The notes under the pieces were generated by a model. The model was not told where the DNA came from, searched no databases, and was given only the letters and a program-made list of their open reading frames with translations. A stretch of 64,000 bases of DNA from Gemmatimonadota bacterium (GTDB taxonomy: Bacteria; Gemmatimonadota; Gemmatimonadetes; Palauibacterales; Palauibacteraceae), in NCBI GenBank assembly GCA_963666735.1, contig OY762926.1, positions 2,944,001 through 3,008,000 of the forward strand. Direction: 5' to 3'. Below, piece by piece: positions 52,810 through 63,335 of this stretch. Numbering within the stretch: the first letter of the stretch is position 1; every line of letters begins with the position of its first letter. A program made the translations under genes and the position numbers.

Positions 52810-52865
52810 CAGGAGCTTCTTAGATTCCGCCCACTTATCCGGACACCCCAACTGGAGTTCGATTG

Positions 52866-53627
52866 ATGTCGAAGTTGCGCGTGGCTGTCCCGCTTCTTGC
52901 GATCCTCCCGTTGCTGGCCGCCTGTGGCAGCAGAATCACCGTGCAGGTGACGGCCGATGAGGCCGCGTCCGAGCTGGTGGATGACCTGGAAGTTCAGTTT
53001 ATCCCCTTCGATCGCGACTCCCTGTTCGCGGTCATCACCGGGCGGGCCGCGACGCCGGAGCCGGCGATCCCCGCGGATCTCGAACAGGCCTCCCTGACCG
53101 AACAGGACCTCCGGGACCGATGGAGCACGGCGGAGTCGAGTTGGAACAACGTCCGCGATTCCATGCGGGCGATCACCACCCAACTCGACAACCTCGACGA
53201 CCGCAGCAGGGAATACCGGGAACTGTTCGACCAGTTCGGCGATCTCGAGGATCGCGAACGGGCCCTGGACCGCCAGCGACAGGCGGCGTTCGACGAGTTC
53301 AACGAGATGCAGCTGGCCACCCAGCAGCGCGTCGACTCGATCTGCATCGTCATCGATTCCTGGGAGGAAGCGGCCTTCGCGGGGTATGGCGACCTGGAGA
53401 GCGATCTGCTCACGGCGCTGGGACGAGAGGTGCTGGCGGACACCACGGACGCCGATGGGGTGGCGTGGGCGCCGGCGTCCGGCGGGCCCTGGTGGGTCCA
53501 CGCACGGGTGAACACGGCGGCCGGCGAACTCTACTGGAACGTGATGGTCGACGAGGCTTCGTCGGACACGCTGCGGCTGGGGCCGGGCAACGCCGACCTG
53601 CGGCAGGGTGTGCGTCAGCGCTGCTAG
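52866..53627 (+). CDS. hypothetical lipoprotein
   Basis: lipobox LLAAC; coiled-coil middle. Confidence 0.75.
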   Translation: MSKLRVAVPLLAILPLLAACGSRITVQVTADEAASELVDDLEVQFIPFDRDSLFAVITGRAATPEPAIPADLEQASLTEQDLRDRWSTAESSWNNVRDSMRAITTQLDNLDDRSREYRELFDQFGDLEDRERALDRQRQAAFDEFNEMQLATQQRVDSICIVIDSWEEAAFAGYGDLESDLLTALGREVLADTTDADGVAWAPASGGPWWVHARVNTAAGELYWNVMVDEASSDTLRLGPGNADLRQGVRQRC

Positions 53628-53708
53628 GTCCTTACCGGCAAGACACGGGCGGCCTTCGCGCCGCGCGCAGCCCCGCGGGCCCCTGGCTGCCGGTTAGCAG
53701 GGGGACGC

Positions 53709-55886
53709 ATGGTCGATAAGCCGACGACGCTCAGGCTCGAGATCGACGCGGACAAGATCGCCTGGCTGATCTTCGACGCCCCCGACTCCCAGGTGAACCT
53801 CCTCACTTCCGAGGTGATGGGGCGCCTGGACCGCCATCTCACGGAACTCGAGTCGCGAATCGCCACCGGACATCCCATCGCGGTCGTGATCTGGAGCGAT
53901 AAGCCGGACACGTTCATCGCCGGCGCCGACGTGAACGAGATCGCCGGTATCGAGGACGAAGAGGACGGCAGGCGGAAGAGCGCCATGGGGCAGCGGATCT
54001 TCAGCCGGCTGGGACGGCTCGGGATCCCGAAGGTCGCCGCGCTTCGCGGCGCCTGCCTGGGCGGAGGCACGGAGCTCGCGCTGGCGTGTGACTGGCGCCT
54101 GGCCGCGGACACTTCCGCCACGACCATCGGCCTGCCCGAGATCAAGCTCGGATTGATTCCCGGGTTCGGAGGCTCGGTCCGGCTCCCCCGCCTCATCGGG
54201 ATTCGGCGGGCCCTCTCCATGATTCTCACGGGAAGGAGCCTCTCGGCCGCGCACGCGTATCGATACGGTCTCGTCGACCAGGTCTTCGACGAAACGGGCT
54301 TCCAGCATTCCGTCGCGCAGGTGGCCTTGGACGCCGTGCTCGGGCGGGTGGAGCGTGTGCTCCCGCATGCGACGGCGCGCGACCGCTTCCTGGAGAACAC
54401 CGGCCTGGGTCGGCGCCTTCTGTTTCGGGGCGCCCGAAAACGCGTGCGCAGCGCCTCGGGGACGCGCTACCCGGCGGCCCTGAAGGCGATCGATGTCATC
54501 GAGGAAACGCTGGACCTGCCGATCGATGAGGCACTCGCCATCGAGGCGGAGGCCCTCGGTGAAGTGGCAACGACGACCGTCTGCCGGAACCTCGTTCGGT
54601 TGTTCCGGGGAGGTCGCGCCGCGAACAGGACGTTTGCTCCGCAGATCGCGGCACAGCAGCGGGAGGTAGGGAAGGTCGCCGTCCTCGGGGCAGGCGTCAT
54701 GGGCGGCGGGATCGCCGAGCTAGCCGCCGCGCACGACCTCTCGGTCATCCTCAAGGACATTGACCGGGAGGCGCTCGATGTGGGACTGCGCCACGCACAC
54801 GAACTGCTCCGGAAAGCGGGCAAGCGGGGGATCATTGCGCCGGAGGAGGTGGGGCTGAAGTTCGCGCTCATCCACGGGACGCTCGACTACGAGCGCTTCG
54901 GCGAGGTCGACGTCGTCATCGAAGCCGTCGTCGAACGGCTCCATGTGAAGCAGCAGGTCCTTCGGGATGTGGAGGAGGAACTCCCCCCGCACGCCGTCTT
55001 CGCGACCAACACGTCCTCGTTGTCGGTGACGGAGTTGAGCGGGGCGGCCGCCAGGCCGGACCGGGTCGTCGGCCTGCACTTCTTCAATCCGGTGCACCGC
55101 ATGCCGCTCGTGGAGATCATCCGGGGGGAGTCTTCCTCGGATGCGGCGCTCGCCACGGCGTTCACGCTCGCGCGGCGGCTTGGCAAGACACCCGTGCTGG
55201 TCGCGGACCGGCCCGGGTTCCTCGTCAACCGGCTCCTCGCGCCCTACCTGAACGAAGTCGGGTTTTTGCTGAACGATGGCGCGGACGTGGTCCGCATCGA
55301 CCGGACGCTGAAGGAGTTCGGGCTGCCGATGGGGCCGTGCCGGCTGCTCGACGAAGTCGGTTTCGATGTCGCCGCGCACGCCGCGAAGGAGATGGCCCGT
55401 GCGTTCGGAGACCGCATGCGCCCCTCCGCGGCCCTGGAAACGCTCACGGGCCTGGGCCGACTCGGCAAGAAGAACGGCCGCGGCTTCTACACCTATTCGG
55501 ATCACGACGAGCGCGTGGACCGGGAGGTGGGCCGTGCCTTCGGCTCGGGGGGCGGCGGCGTGCGGCCCGAGGAGATCATCGATCGCTGCCTGCTGATTTC
55601 CGTGAACGAGGCGATGTACGCGCTGGAGGAAGGCGTCGTCGCGGGGCCGGGCGACGTCGACCTCGCGATGGTGATGGGCACCGGATTCCCGCCGTTCCGC
55701 GGCGGGCCGCTCGCGTGGGCGGAGTCTCGCGGAGCGCGGGCCGTGCGCGACCGTCTCCTCGAACTGCGGGAGCGGCACGGAGACCGCTTCACTCCGGCGC
55801 CGGGACTGGAAAGGCTCGCCGCCGCGGAGGCATCGTTCACGTCCGGCGCCTTGCGGCGGGACCCGGGGTCTCCGCCGGACATGTAG
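53709..55886 (+). CDS. fadJ: fatty-acid oxidation multifunctional enzyme (enoyl-CoA hydratase / 3-hydroxyacyl-CoA dehydrogenase)
   Basis: FIAGAD, CLGGGTE, GAGVMGGGI, ATNTSSL, GLHFFNP. Confidence 0.9.
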   Translation: MVDKPTTLRLEIDADKIAWLIFDAPDSQVNLLTSEVMGRLDRHLTELESRIATGHPIAVVIWSDKPDTFIAGADVNEIAGIEDEEDGRRKSAMGQRIFSRLGRLGIPKVAALRGACLGGGTELALACDWRLAADTSATTIGLPEIKLGLIPGFGGSVRLPRLIGIRRALSMILTGRSLSAAHAYRYGLVDQVFDETGFQHSVAQVALDAVLGRVERVLPHATARDRFLENTGLGRRLLFRGARKRVRSASGTRYPAALKAIDVIEETLDLPIDEALAIEAEALGEVATTTVCRNLVRLFRGGRAANRTFAPQIAAQQREVGKVAVLGAGVMGGGIAELAAAHDLSVILKDIDREALDVGLRHAHELLRKAGKRGIIAPEEVGLKFALIHGTLDYERFGEVDVVIEAVVERLHVKQQVLRDVEEELPPHAVFATNTSSLSVTELSGAAARPDRVVGLHFFNPVHRMPLVEIIRGESSSDAALATAFTLARRLGKTPVLVADRPGFLVNRLLAPYLNEVGFLLNDGADVVRIDRTLKEFGLPMGPCRLLDEVGFDVAAHAAKEMARAFGDRMRPSAALETLTGLGRLGKKNGRGFYTYSDHDERVDREVGRAFGSGGGGVRPEEIIDRCLLISVNEAMYALEEGVVAGPGDVDLAMVMGTGFPPFRGGPLAWAESRGARAVRDRLLELRERHGDRFTPAPGLERLAAAEASFTSGALRRDPGSPPDM

Positions 55887-56954
55887 GTGGGTTTCGACCT
55901 CCTCGGGGCGCGGCGCCGCGCGCTGCGGGCCGCGCGCCGGATCCCGGAAGATGCGCCCCGCGTCGACGTGGAGGTTCGTCGCGGCAGCCACGTGCAGCGC
56001 TTTCGCCAGGAGTTGCTCGTGGACGGCCCGAAGTGGAAGGTCACGCTTCAGATCCTCGATGCGCGCTTCAAGCCGGTGAGGATCGACGAGGCCACGACCC
56101 TGCGGCCGGGCTCCCTCCTCATGTGGTTCCTTCGGCCGGGGCAGCCCTTCGAGGTCGGCGCCTTCTACCACCCCCGCGGCGCCTTCCAGGGCTACTACAT
56201 CAACCTGATCCGGCCTCCGCGACTGCAGTCCTCACCGTGGGTCATCGACGACCTTTACCTGGACGTGTGGCTGCCGGAGGGCGGGGGCGGCGTGTTGCTG
56301 GATGAGGACGAACTCGACGCCGCCGTGGCCCGCGCGGAGCTGTCGAGCGCGGAGGCGGACGAGGTGCGCGAACTCGGCGCGCGGCTGCTGGCCCGGTCGC
56401 GGGGCGCCGGACGTCCCCGGTGGTTGCCCCGCGGCGTGGGGAGGGCGCCCGCGGAATCCGTGCCGGCGCTCCGTCTGCGCCGGGACGCTCCGGGCACCTT
56501 CCATGCCGCGCGGATCTCGGGCCGCATCATCGCCTTCGGGCTCTACCTGCTGGGTGCGGTCTCCGCGACGTCCGCCGGTTTCGCCGCGTTCACCGACGCG
56601 TTCCTGATCGCGGGTCCGGCACAGAATGCCTGGCGGCTGACCGTAGTGGGCGAAGCGCTCGTCCTGGCCCCGCTCGCGTTCGGCGGCTGGCTGCCCGCGA
56701 CCCGTTGGCCGCAGCCGCCCCTCACCGACGAGCGCTCCCTCTTCATCGCGACGCTCGCTTCGGGACTCGCGGTGCTCGCGCTCAGCGAGCGCACGGACTG
56801 GGCCGGAGCGCTCCTCCCCGTGTACGCGACGCTGGGCCTCTTTTCGCTGGTCTTCGCGGTCTGCCGGTGGCGGTTCGACCGGGAAGTTCCGGTATACGCG
56901 CTCGCGGGCGTGACGATGACGCTTGTCGCGCTCGCCTTCCTGATCGCAACCTGA
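55887..56954 (+). CDS. DUF402 domain fused to a C-terminal membrane domain
   Basis: GYYINLI...DDLYLDVW...LLDEDEL; about 5 hydrophobic segments at the C-terminus. Confidence 0.7.
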   Translation: MGFDLLGARRRALRAARRIPEDAPRVDVEVRRGSHVQRFRQELLVDGPKWKVTLQILDARFKPVRIDEATTLRPGSLLMWFLRPGQPFEVGAFYHPRGAFQGYYINLIRPPRLQSSPWVIDDLYLDVWLPEGGGGVLLDEDELDAAVARAELSSAEADEVRELGARLLARSRGAGRPRWLPRGVGRAPAESVPALRLRRDAPGTFHAARISGRIIAFGLYLLGAVSATSAGFAAFTDAFLIAGPAQNAWRLTVVGEALVLAPLAFGGWLPATRWPQPPLTDERSLFIATLASGLAVLALSERTDWAGALLPVYATLGLFSLVFAVCRWRFDREVPVYALAGVTMTLVALAFLIAT

Positions 56955-57046
56955 CCGCACCGTGACCACACCGTGACGGCGCTCGCTCGCCCACCGGCGC
57001 ATGGTCGCCCGACACCGGCGACGGCCGCATCCCGTATGAGGAACGC

Positions 57047-57718
57047 ATGAACGATCGATCCAAACGAAGAGTCCGTTTCCTGGCCGCGTTCGTCGGCCTC
57101 TTCGCGGCCGTGTGGTTTCTCTGGGACACGCCCTTCGTGTATCCGGTGAAACTCTTCGTCGTCCTGCTGCACGAGATCAGCCACGGGCTGGCCACGCTGG
57201 CGACGGGGGGCCGGATCCTCGCCATCGAGGTGACGCCGCGCGAGGGAGGATTGTGCCGGTGTCCCGGCGGGAACGCGTTCCTGAGCCTGTCCGCAGGATA
57301 CCTCGGGAGTCTGCTGTGGGGCGGGCTGATGATCTGGGGCGCGGAACGCTTCCCGACGCTGAGTTCGTGGTTCTCCGCGGCCCTCGCCGTGATCGTGGGG
57401 GGCATGACGCTGTTCTTCGCGCAGCAGTCCTTTGCCGTCGCGTTCGGGCTCGCCTTCTCCGCGGCGCTGCTCGCGGTGGCCTGGAGGGCGAGCGCCGGGG
57501 TGAACCGCGTCCTGCTCACGGCGCTCGGCCTCACGAGTTGCCTCTACGCGGTGCTGGACATCAAGAGCGACATCCTCGACCGGCCGGAGTTGCGGTCGGA
57601 TGCCCGGATGCTGGCCGAACTCACCGGCGTGCCCACGCTCCTGTGGGGCGGGCTGTGGATCGCCGTCGCGCTGCTGTTCTGCTTCGTCCTGTTCCGCTGG
57701 GCCTGGCGGCGGGCGTAG
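57047..57718 (+). CDS. M50B-like membrane metallopeptidase
   Basis: LLHEISH, SAGYLG, SDA motif; polytopic. Confidence 0.85.
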   Translation: MNDRSKRRVRFLAAFVGLFAAVWFLWDTPFVYPVKLFVVLLHEISHGLATLATGGRILAIEVTPREGGLCRCPGGNAFLSLSAGYLGSLLWGGLMIWGAERFPTLSSWFSAALAVIVGGMTLFFAQQSFAVAFGLAFSAALLAVAWRASAGVNRVLLTALGLTSCLYAVLDIKSDILDRPELRSDARMLAELTGVPTLLWGGLWIAVALLFCFVLFRWAWRRA

Positions 57719-57755
57719 CAGTGCGCTGCGCCTGGCGGCTCCCGGCCACTGCCTG

Positions 57756-59174
57756 CTAACTGCCCGGGTCGCGCCGGATCCACTCCAGCGGCTCGTAGGC
57801 GCCGATGGGCCACGGGAAGACGACGGGACTCTCGTAGCCGTCCTCGGACACGCTGGCCACGCCGAAGAGGTAGTTGTCGATGACGATGTTCTCGAGCGTG
57901 TGCTCCGTCGCGTCGCCGGCGAAGACGCTCCACTGCCACTGCGGCGCGTCGGTGAGCCGCCAGTAGACGCGGTATCCCGCGAGGTTCGGGGCGTGCTCGG
58001 CGGGTACGGGGTCCCACCTCAGCGTCGTGGACGGCCGGACGGCGCCCTCGATCGCGACGTTCCGCGGCGGCGCGGGAGCCCACGCCATGGCGGCGAGCGA
58101 GATCGCGTTGACCGCCGTCAGCTTCGCGGCGAAATCGAACTCGACCTCGTCGATGACGTCGCCGTACTCGACCCCGTCTTCCACCCGGATGTCCTGGTGC
58201 TGGCGCCGGTAGTCCTCGTTCGCCTCCATGATCCGGACGGCGGGGAAGCCGGCGTCGTTGAACGGCCGGTGGTGCCCGCCGCGCCCGAACCGGTCCAGCC
58301 GGTACACCATCATCATGTCGAGATTCGGGACGTAGCCGTCGGCGAGGCGGTCGATGAGGCGGGCCAGGTTGCGCGACGGGGAGTCCACCTCGCCTCCGGT
58401 GACGCGCCGCCGCGCGGCGACCTGCTCGGTTTCGTCCGCCCGCGTGCCCTCGGCGAAGACGCGCGCGACCGTGTTGTCCGAGACGCCGTTCTGGCCTTCG
58501 ATGTTGCCGATCATGTCGTTGTTCAGCACCGCTTCGATGCGCCAGCCCTCGTCGAGCGCGACCCGGGCCATGTGCCGCCCGCCGAACAGCCCCTGCTCCT
58601 CGCCGGAGAGTCCCGCGTAGATGATGGATCCGTTGAACTCATACTGCGTGAGGACGCGCGCGGCCTCGAGGACGCCGGCCATCCCGGACGCGTTGTCGTT
58701 CGCGCCGGGGGCGTCGGAGATGCCGTCCAGCGCGTTCGATGCGCGCGAGTCGATGTCGCCCGACATCACGACGTAGCGGCCCGGGTCCGTCGTCCCCCGC
58801 TGGATCGCGAGCACGTTGACGACGGCCGTCGTGTCGGGGATGCGCGTCGTGCCTCCGACGAGGGAGGTCTGGTAGGAGACCTCGAGGCACCCGCCGCACG
58901 CGGCGGAGATCTCATCGAACTGCGTCTTGATCCAGCGCCGGGCGGCCCCGATGCCGCGGGTGTCGGACAGCGTGTCGGACAGCGTGTGACGCGTGCCGAA
59001 GCCCGCGAGCCGCCGGATGTCCGCCTCCACGCGAGCGGCCGAGACGGAGGCCACGATGTCCTGCAGCGCCGTGAGTTCCGCCTTCGGCGCCCGAGGTTCC
59101 TGGCCGCCCAGCGAGCGTGCCGAGACGGGCGCCGTCAGGGCGGTGGCGAGGACGATGATCGTGAGAGGCTTCAC
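57756..59174 (-). CDS. M28-family aminopeptidase
   Basis: signal peptide; GANDNASG, SGEEQGLFG, LNNDMIG. Confidence 0.9.
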   Translation of the reverse strand: MKPLTIIVLATALTAPVSARSLGGQEPRAPKAELTALQDIVASVSAARVEADIRRLAGFGTRHTLSDTLSDTRGIGAARRWIKTQFDEISAACGGCLEVSYQTSLVGGTTRIPDTTAVVNVLAIQRGTTDPGRYVVMSGDIDSRASNALDGISDAPGANDNASGMAGVLEAARVLTQYEFNGSIIYAGLSGEEQGLFGGRHMARVALDEGWRIEAVLNNDMIGNIEGQNGVSDNTVARVFAEGTRADETEQVAARRRVTGGEVDSPSRNLARLIDRLADGYVPNLDMMMVYRLDRFGRGGHHRPFNDAGFPAVRIMEANEDYRRQHQDIRVEDGVEYGDVIDEVEFDFAAKLTAVNAISLAAMAWAPAPPRNVAIEGAVRPSTTLRWDPVPAEHAPNLAGYRVYWRLTDAPQWQWSVFAGDATEHTLENIVIDNYLFGVASVSEDGYESPVVFPWPIGAYEPLEWIRRDPGS

Positions 59175-59324
59175 GGGTCGCTCCGGAGATGAGGTCGTAT
59201 CGCCGTCGGGCCGATATCTTATCGAGATGCTGGCCCGCGGACAGCGGGCCGGTTAGCGTCGCGTGTCTCTCGGCGCCGTCCGGCGGCAATTCCTCACCAC
59301 CCAACCACCCTGAGCGGTCGACCC

Positions 59325-61115
59325 GTGAATCGAACCGAACGTACAGGACAGCGTACGGGACAGCGTGTCTCGAATCTCTTCGGCATGACCCTGCGCCAGA
59401 CGCCGGGGGAAACCGAGATCGAGTCCCACAGCCTCCTCGTGAGGGCCGGCTACGTCCGGCAGCTCGCGGCGGGCATCTTCTCCTATCTGCCTCTCGCCTG
59501 GCGGTCGCTGAGGAAGATCGAGCAGATCCTGCGCGAGGAGATGGACCGGATCGACGGGCAGGAGCTGTCGATGCCCGTCGTGCATCCGGCGGAGCTGTGG
59601 CAGGCGACCGGCCGCTGGTACGACATCGATGCGACGATGGCCCGGTTTGTCGACCGCCGCGACCGCGATCTGCTCCTGGCGATGACGCACGAGGAGGTGG
59701 TGGCCTTCCACGCGGCGTCCGAGATCCAGTCCTACCGGCAGCTCCCGGCGATGGTCTATCACATGCAGACCAAATTCCGGGACGAACTCCGCTCCCGCGG
59801 CGGACTCATCCGCGTGCGCGAGTTCATCATGAAGGACTCCTACTCGCTCGACCGGGATCCGGAGGGGCTCGCGGTGCAGTACGACCGGCACTACGAGGCG
59901 TACGAGCGCATCGGGCGCCGCTGCGCCCTGCCGCTCACGGCCGTGCGGAGCGATACGGGCATGATGGGCGGCAAGATCGCCCACGAGTTCATGTACGTGA
60001 CGCCGATCGGCGAAGACAGCCTCGCGCTCTGCGACGCCTGCGGCTACGCGGCGAACCGGGAGGTCGCCGAGTTCACGCTCGAGCCGCGCGAGGAGGAGAT
60101 GTCGCCGCTGGAGCGGGTCCACACGCCCGGAACGGCCACGATCGAGGACGTGACGGGGCTGCTCGGGATCTCGGCGCGGGAGACCGGGAAGATGGTCTTC
60201 TACACGGGCAGCTTCGCGGGGGAGGCGGGGGCTCGTGAAGAGAAGCTGATCGCGGCGATCGTGCGCGGCGACCTCGAGGCGAACCCGATCCAGGTCCAGA
60301 ACCTCGCGGGAGCGCTCGAGCTTCGCCCGGCGCACGAGGAGGAGATCGCGGCGGCCGGGATGGTGCCGGGGTTCGCCTCGCCGGTGGGCGTGGAGCCCGG
60401 CGCCGCGATCTTCGTCGTGGACCGCTGGGTGTCGGAGTCCGCGAACCTGGTGCTCGGAGCGAACGAGGCGGACTACCACCTCCGCAACGTCTGCTGCGGA
60501 CGCGACTACGATCCCACCGTCGTCGGCCCCGTCGCCCTTGCCCTCGAGGGTGCCGCGTGCGGGCGCTGCGGCGAAGGGTTGCGCATGGCCCGCGGCGTGG
60601 AGGTGGGGAACATCTTCCAGCTCGGCACCCGCTACTCGGAGGGGCTGGAGGCGATGTACACGGATGAGGAGGGGGTCGAGCGCCCGGTCTGGATGGGCTC
60701 GTACGGGATCGGGACGGGGCGCCTGCTGGCCTGCGTGGCCGAGGAGCACCGGGACGACTACGGCCTCAAGCTGCCGGTCTCCGTCGCTCCGTATCACGTC
60801 TCGCTCGTCGTGCTCGCCCGGGAGGAAGAGACGTGGGCGACCGCGGACCGGGTGTTCGAGGAGTTGTGCGCCGCCGGGATCGAGGTGATCTACGACGACC
60901 GGCGGGATCTCCGCGCCGGCGTGAAGTTCAACGACGCCGACCTGCGCGGCCTCCCGCTGCGCCTCGTCATCGGCGAACGCTCGCTGGCGGCGGGGGGCGC
61001 GGAACTCAGCCACCGGGGCGTCCGGGAGAGCCGGATCATCCCGCTGGACGACCTCGTGGCCGAACTCCGGCAGGAAATCGACGCGCTCATGTCACAGCTC
61101 GCCCTCGACGACTGA
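59325..61115 (+). CDS. proS: prolyl-tRNA synthetase
   Basis: THEE, KFRDE, RVREFIMKDSYS, EVGNIFQLG, MGSYGIG. Confidence 0.97.
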   Translation: MNRTERTGQRTGQRVSNLFGMTLRQTPGETEIESHSLLVRAGYVRQLAAGIFSYLPLAWRSLRKIEQILREEMDRIDGQELSMPVVHPAELWQATGRWYDIDATMARFVDRRDRDLLLAMTHEEVVAFHAASEIQSYRQLPAMVYHMQTKFRDELRSRGGLIRVREFIMKDSYSLDRDPEGLAVQYDRHYEAYERIGRRCALPLTAVRSDTGMMGGKIAHEFMYVTPIGEDSLALCDACGYAANREVAEFTLEPREEEMSPLERVHTPGTATIEDVTGLLGISARETGKMVFYTGSFAGEAGAREEKLIAAIVRGDLEANPIQVQNLAGALELRPAHEEEIAAAGMVPGFASPVGVEPGAAIFVVDRWVSESANLVLGANEADYHLRNVCCGRDYDPTVVGPVALALEGAACGRCGEGLRMARGVEVGNIFQLGTRYSEGLEAMYTDEEGVERPVWMGSYGIGTGRLLACVAEEHRDDYGLKLPVSVAPYHVSLVVLAREEETWATADRVFEELCAAGIEVIYDDRRDLRAGVKFNDADLRGLPLRLVIGERSLAAGGAELSHRGVRESRIIPLDDLVAELRQEIDALMSQLALDD

Positions 61116-61172
61116 CGCGCGCCGGGTCGCCCGGTCGCCCGGTTGCCCAGGCGGCGCGGCGCACCGGGGCGA

Positions 61173-63335
61173 TCAGCCTCCGAGCCGTACCCGCAGGCCG
61201 CCGACGAGCGTGCGGGGCGCCCCCACGCGAATGAACCCGTTCGCGTCGTGGGACATCTCGGCGACCGCATCGAAGAGGTTCTGCACGCTCGCGAACGCGC
61301 TCAGCCGGCTCGTCAGTTGCCGCCGAAGCCGGACATCCAGGAGGAACGAGGCCGCGATCTCCCCCGTGTTGAGGTCGTTGTCGAACCGGGCGCCCAGATA
61401 GCGGGCGGTCGCGACCACCTCCAGCGTGGACGGGTCGATGTGCCCGACGCGCAGCATGGCGCGGTGCGTCGGGCTCCCCTGCACCTCGTTGCCGATCAGG
61501 TCCGGTCGGCCCGGCGCGTCCGTGACCTCGGCCGGGTTGTACTGGTGGTTCACCGCCAGCAGCCAGGCCCCCGCCGGCCGCACCTCGACCTCGGTCTCGA
61601 GCCCGATGCTCCGCAGCGTTCCCACATTGTCGCGACGACGGCACACGCCCCCGGCCGCCACGAAGCCGCACGGCTGAATCACGCCGGAGGTCTCGGCCTC
61701 CTGGATGGTGACGTCGGTGATCGCGTCGCTCACGCGGGCCCAGAAGCCCGTGAGCCGGATGAGGACGCCGGGGTCGGGCCGCAGATCGAGCCCCACCTCC
61801 GCGCCCAGGACCCGCTCCGGATCCAGCGCCTCGTTCGATTCGTTGGCGACGTTCCCGGCCGCGCGGAACGGCTTGTAGAGTTCGTTCAGCGTCGGGACGC
61901 GGAGGCCGCTGTAGAAGCTCCCGCGGAGCGTCGCCCGGCCGGACGCCGCGAGCAGAACGCCGAGGCTGTGGCTCAGCCTGCTGCCGCTCCGGTCGTCGAA
62001 TGCGTTGTCCGTCAGCACGTTCCGGTCGGCGATCTCGAAGACGCGGCGCATGCCCGAGGCGTTGCGCCACAGGTCGAGGCGCAGGCCGCCGTACACCTGC
62101 CACCGGTCGTTCAGGAGAATCCGGTCCTGGGCGAAAAAGCCGTACAGCGTCTGATCGCCGCCGGTCTCCCGCTGCCGCGCGAACGCGCCGCCGCTGAACA
62201 GGTATTGCTCGGAGGCCTCCCCCGTCGCGCTGAGGATGTCGGTCCCGAGCGTGAGGTTATGGCTGCCGAGCCCGGGCTTTTGCCACACGAGATTCGCGCC
62301 GGTCCCGGACGAGGGGACGTCCTGGCTGATCGAAGGCTCTTCGCTGTTCCGGCCCGCATCGACCCCCGAGAACGAGTTCACGTAGGACTGCGACTGCAGG
62401 TAGGCGTTGAAGGCGAGCGTGGAACCGTTGTCGCCGTCGAAAGTGATTCCGACCTGGCCGAACCCGGCCTCCGTCGTGTTGTTGCGGAGGGGGGTCGCGT
62501 TGTCCTTGTCCTGGTCGAAGTAGTTGCCCTGGGCATGGATGCGCAGGCGGTCGCCGGCCCGGAACTCGACCTTCGCGCGCAGCGCCCCGTGACTCGACGC
62601 GGAGGGGATGTCCACCGCGCCGCGCAGACTCGGCTCGGTGAGGACGTAGCCGTCGCTGTCGAAGAATTCGCCCGCCACGTAGCCGCCGGCGCGGTCGTCG
62701 CCGAAGGAGGCCATCGCATCGCCGCGGAAGGTGGACTGGCTCCCTCCCTGGACGCCCGCCGAGAACCCGCCCGCGCCACCCGAGCGCGTGATCACGTGGA
62801 CGACGCCCGCGAGACTCTGGCTCCCCCAACTCACGGTCGCGCCGCCGCGCACGATCTCGATGCGTTCGATGACTTCGACCGGAACCTGGCTCCAGCGCAC
62901 CCAGCCGAAGTAGGGGTCGTTCAGGGGGACGCCGTCGACGAGCACCAGCGTGCGGCTGGCGGCGGTGCCTCCCAGTCCGCGCAGCGTGACGGCCTGCCAC
63001 GAGGGATGCGCGACGCCCGCCTGGAAGGGGAAGCGGAAGTTGAGGCCGGGCACCTCCTGAAGGACGTCCTGGAGCGTCTGCGCGGCGGAGAGGCGCAGTT
63101 CCTCGCGCGTCACGGTCGTCACGTTGACGGGGACCTCTCCCACGGAGGTCGGGGCGCGGAGCGCCGAGACGATCAACTCGCCCAGCGGAATCACGCTGTC
63201 CGCGGGTACCGGATCCTGCGCTTCGAGCCCCGCCGCCGACCACGGCCCGCACGGAGCCAGCCCGCACAGAGCCAGCACGAGAAACCCGCAGCGAGTACGT
63301 CCGGGTGATCGAAGCCCCGCTTCACGTCGCGTCAT
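61173..63335 (-). CDS. TonB-dependent receptor
   Basis: LVLVDGVPLND, IERIEIVRG, PTLNELY, VQNLFD, terminal strand. Confidence 0.92.
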   Translation of the reverse strand: MTRREAGLRSPGRTRCGFLVLALCGLAPCGPWSAAGLEAQDPVPADSVIPLGELIVSALRAPTSVGEVPVNVTTVTREELRLSAAQTLQDVLQEVPGLNFRFPFQAGVAHPSWQAVTLRGLGGTAASRTLVLVDGVPLNDPYFGWVRWSQVPVEVIERIEIVRGGATVSWGSQSLAGVVHVITRSGGAGGFSAGVQGGSQSTFRGDAMASFGDDRAGGYVAGEFFDSDGYVLTEPSLRGAVDIPSASSHGALRAKVEFRAGDRLRIHAQGNYFDQDKDNATPLRNNTTEAGFGQVGITFDGDNGSTLAFNAYLQSQSYVNSFSGVDAGRNSEEPSISQDVPSSGTGANLVWQKPGLGSHNLTLGTDILSATGEASEQYLFSGGAFARQRETGGDQTLYGFFAQDRILLNDRWQVYGGLRLDLWRNASGMRRVFEIADRNVLTDNAFDDRSGSRLSHSLGVLLAASGRATLRGSFYSGLRVPTLNELYKPFRAAGNVANESNEALDPERVLGAEVGLDLRPDPGVLIRLTGFWARVSDAITDVTIQEAETSGVIQPCGFVAAGGVCRRRDNVGTLRSIGLETEVEVRPAGAWLLAVNHQYNPAEVTDAPGRPDLIGNEVQGSPTHRAMLRVGHIDPSTLEVVATARYLGARFDNDLNTGEIAASFLLDVRLRRQLTSRLSAFASVQNLFDAVAEMSHDANGFIRVGAPRTLVGGLRVRLGG

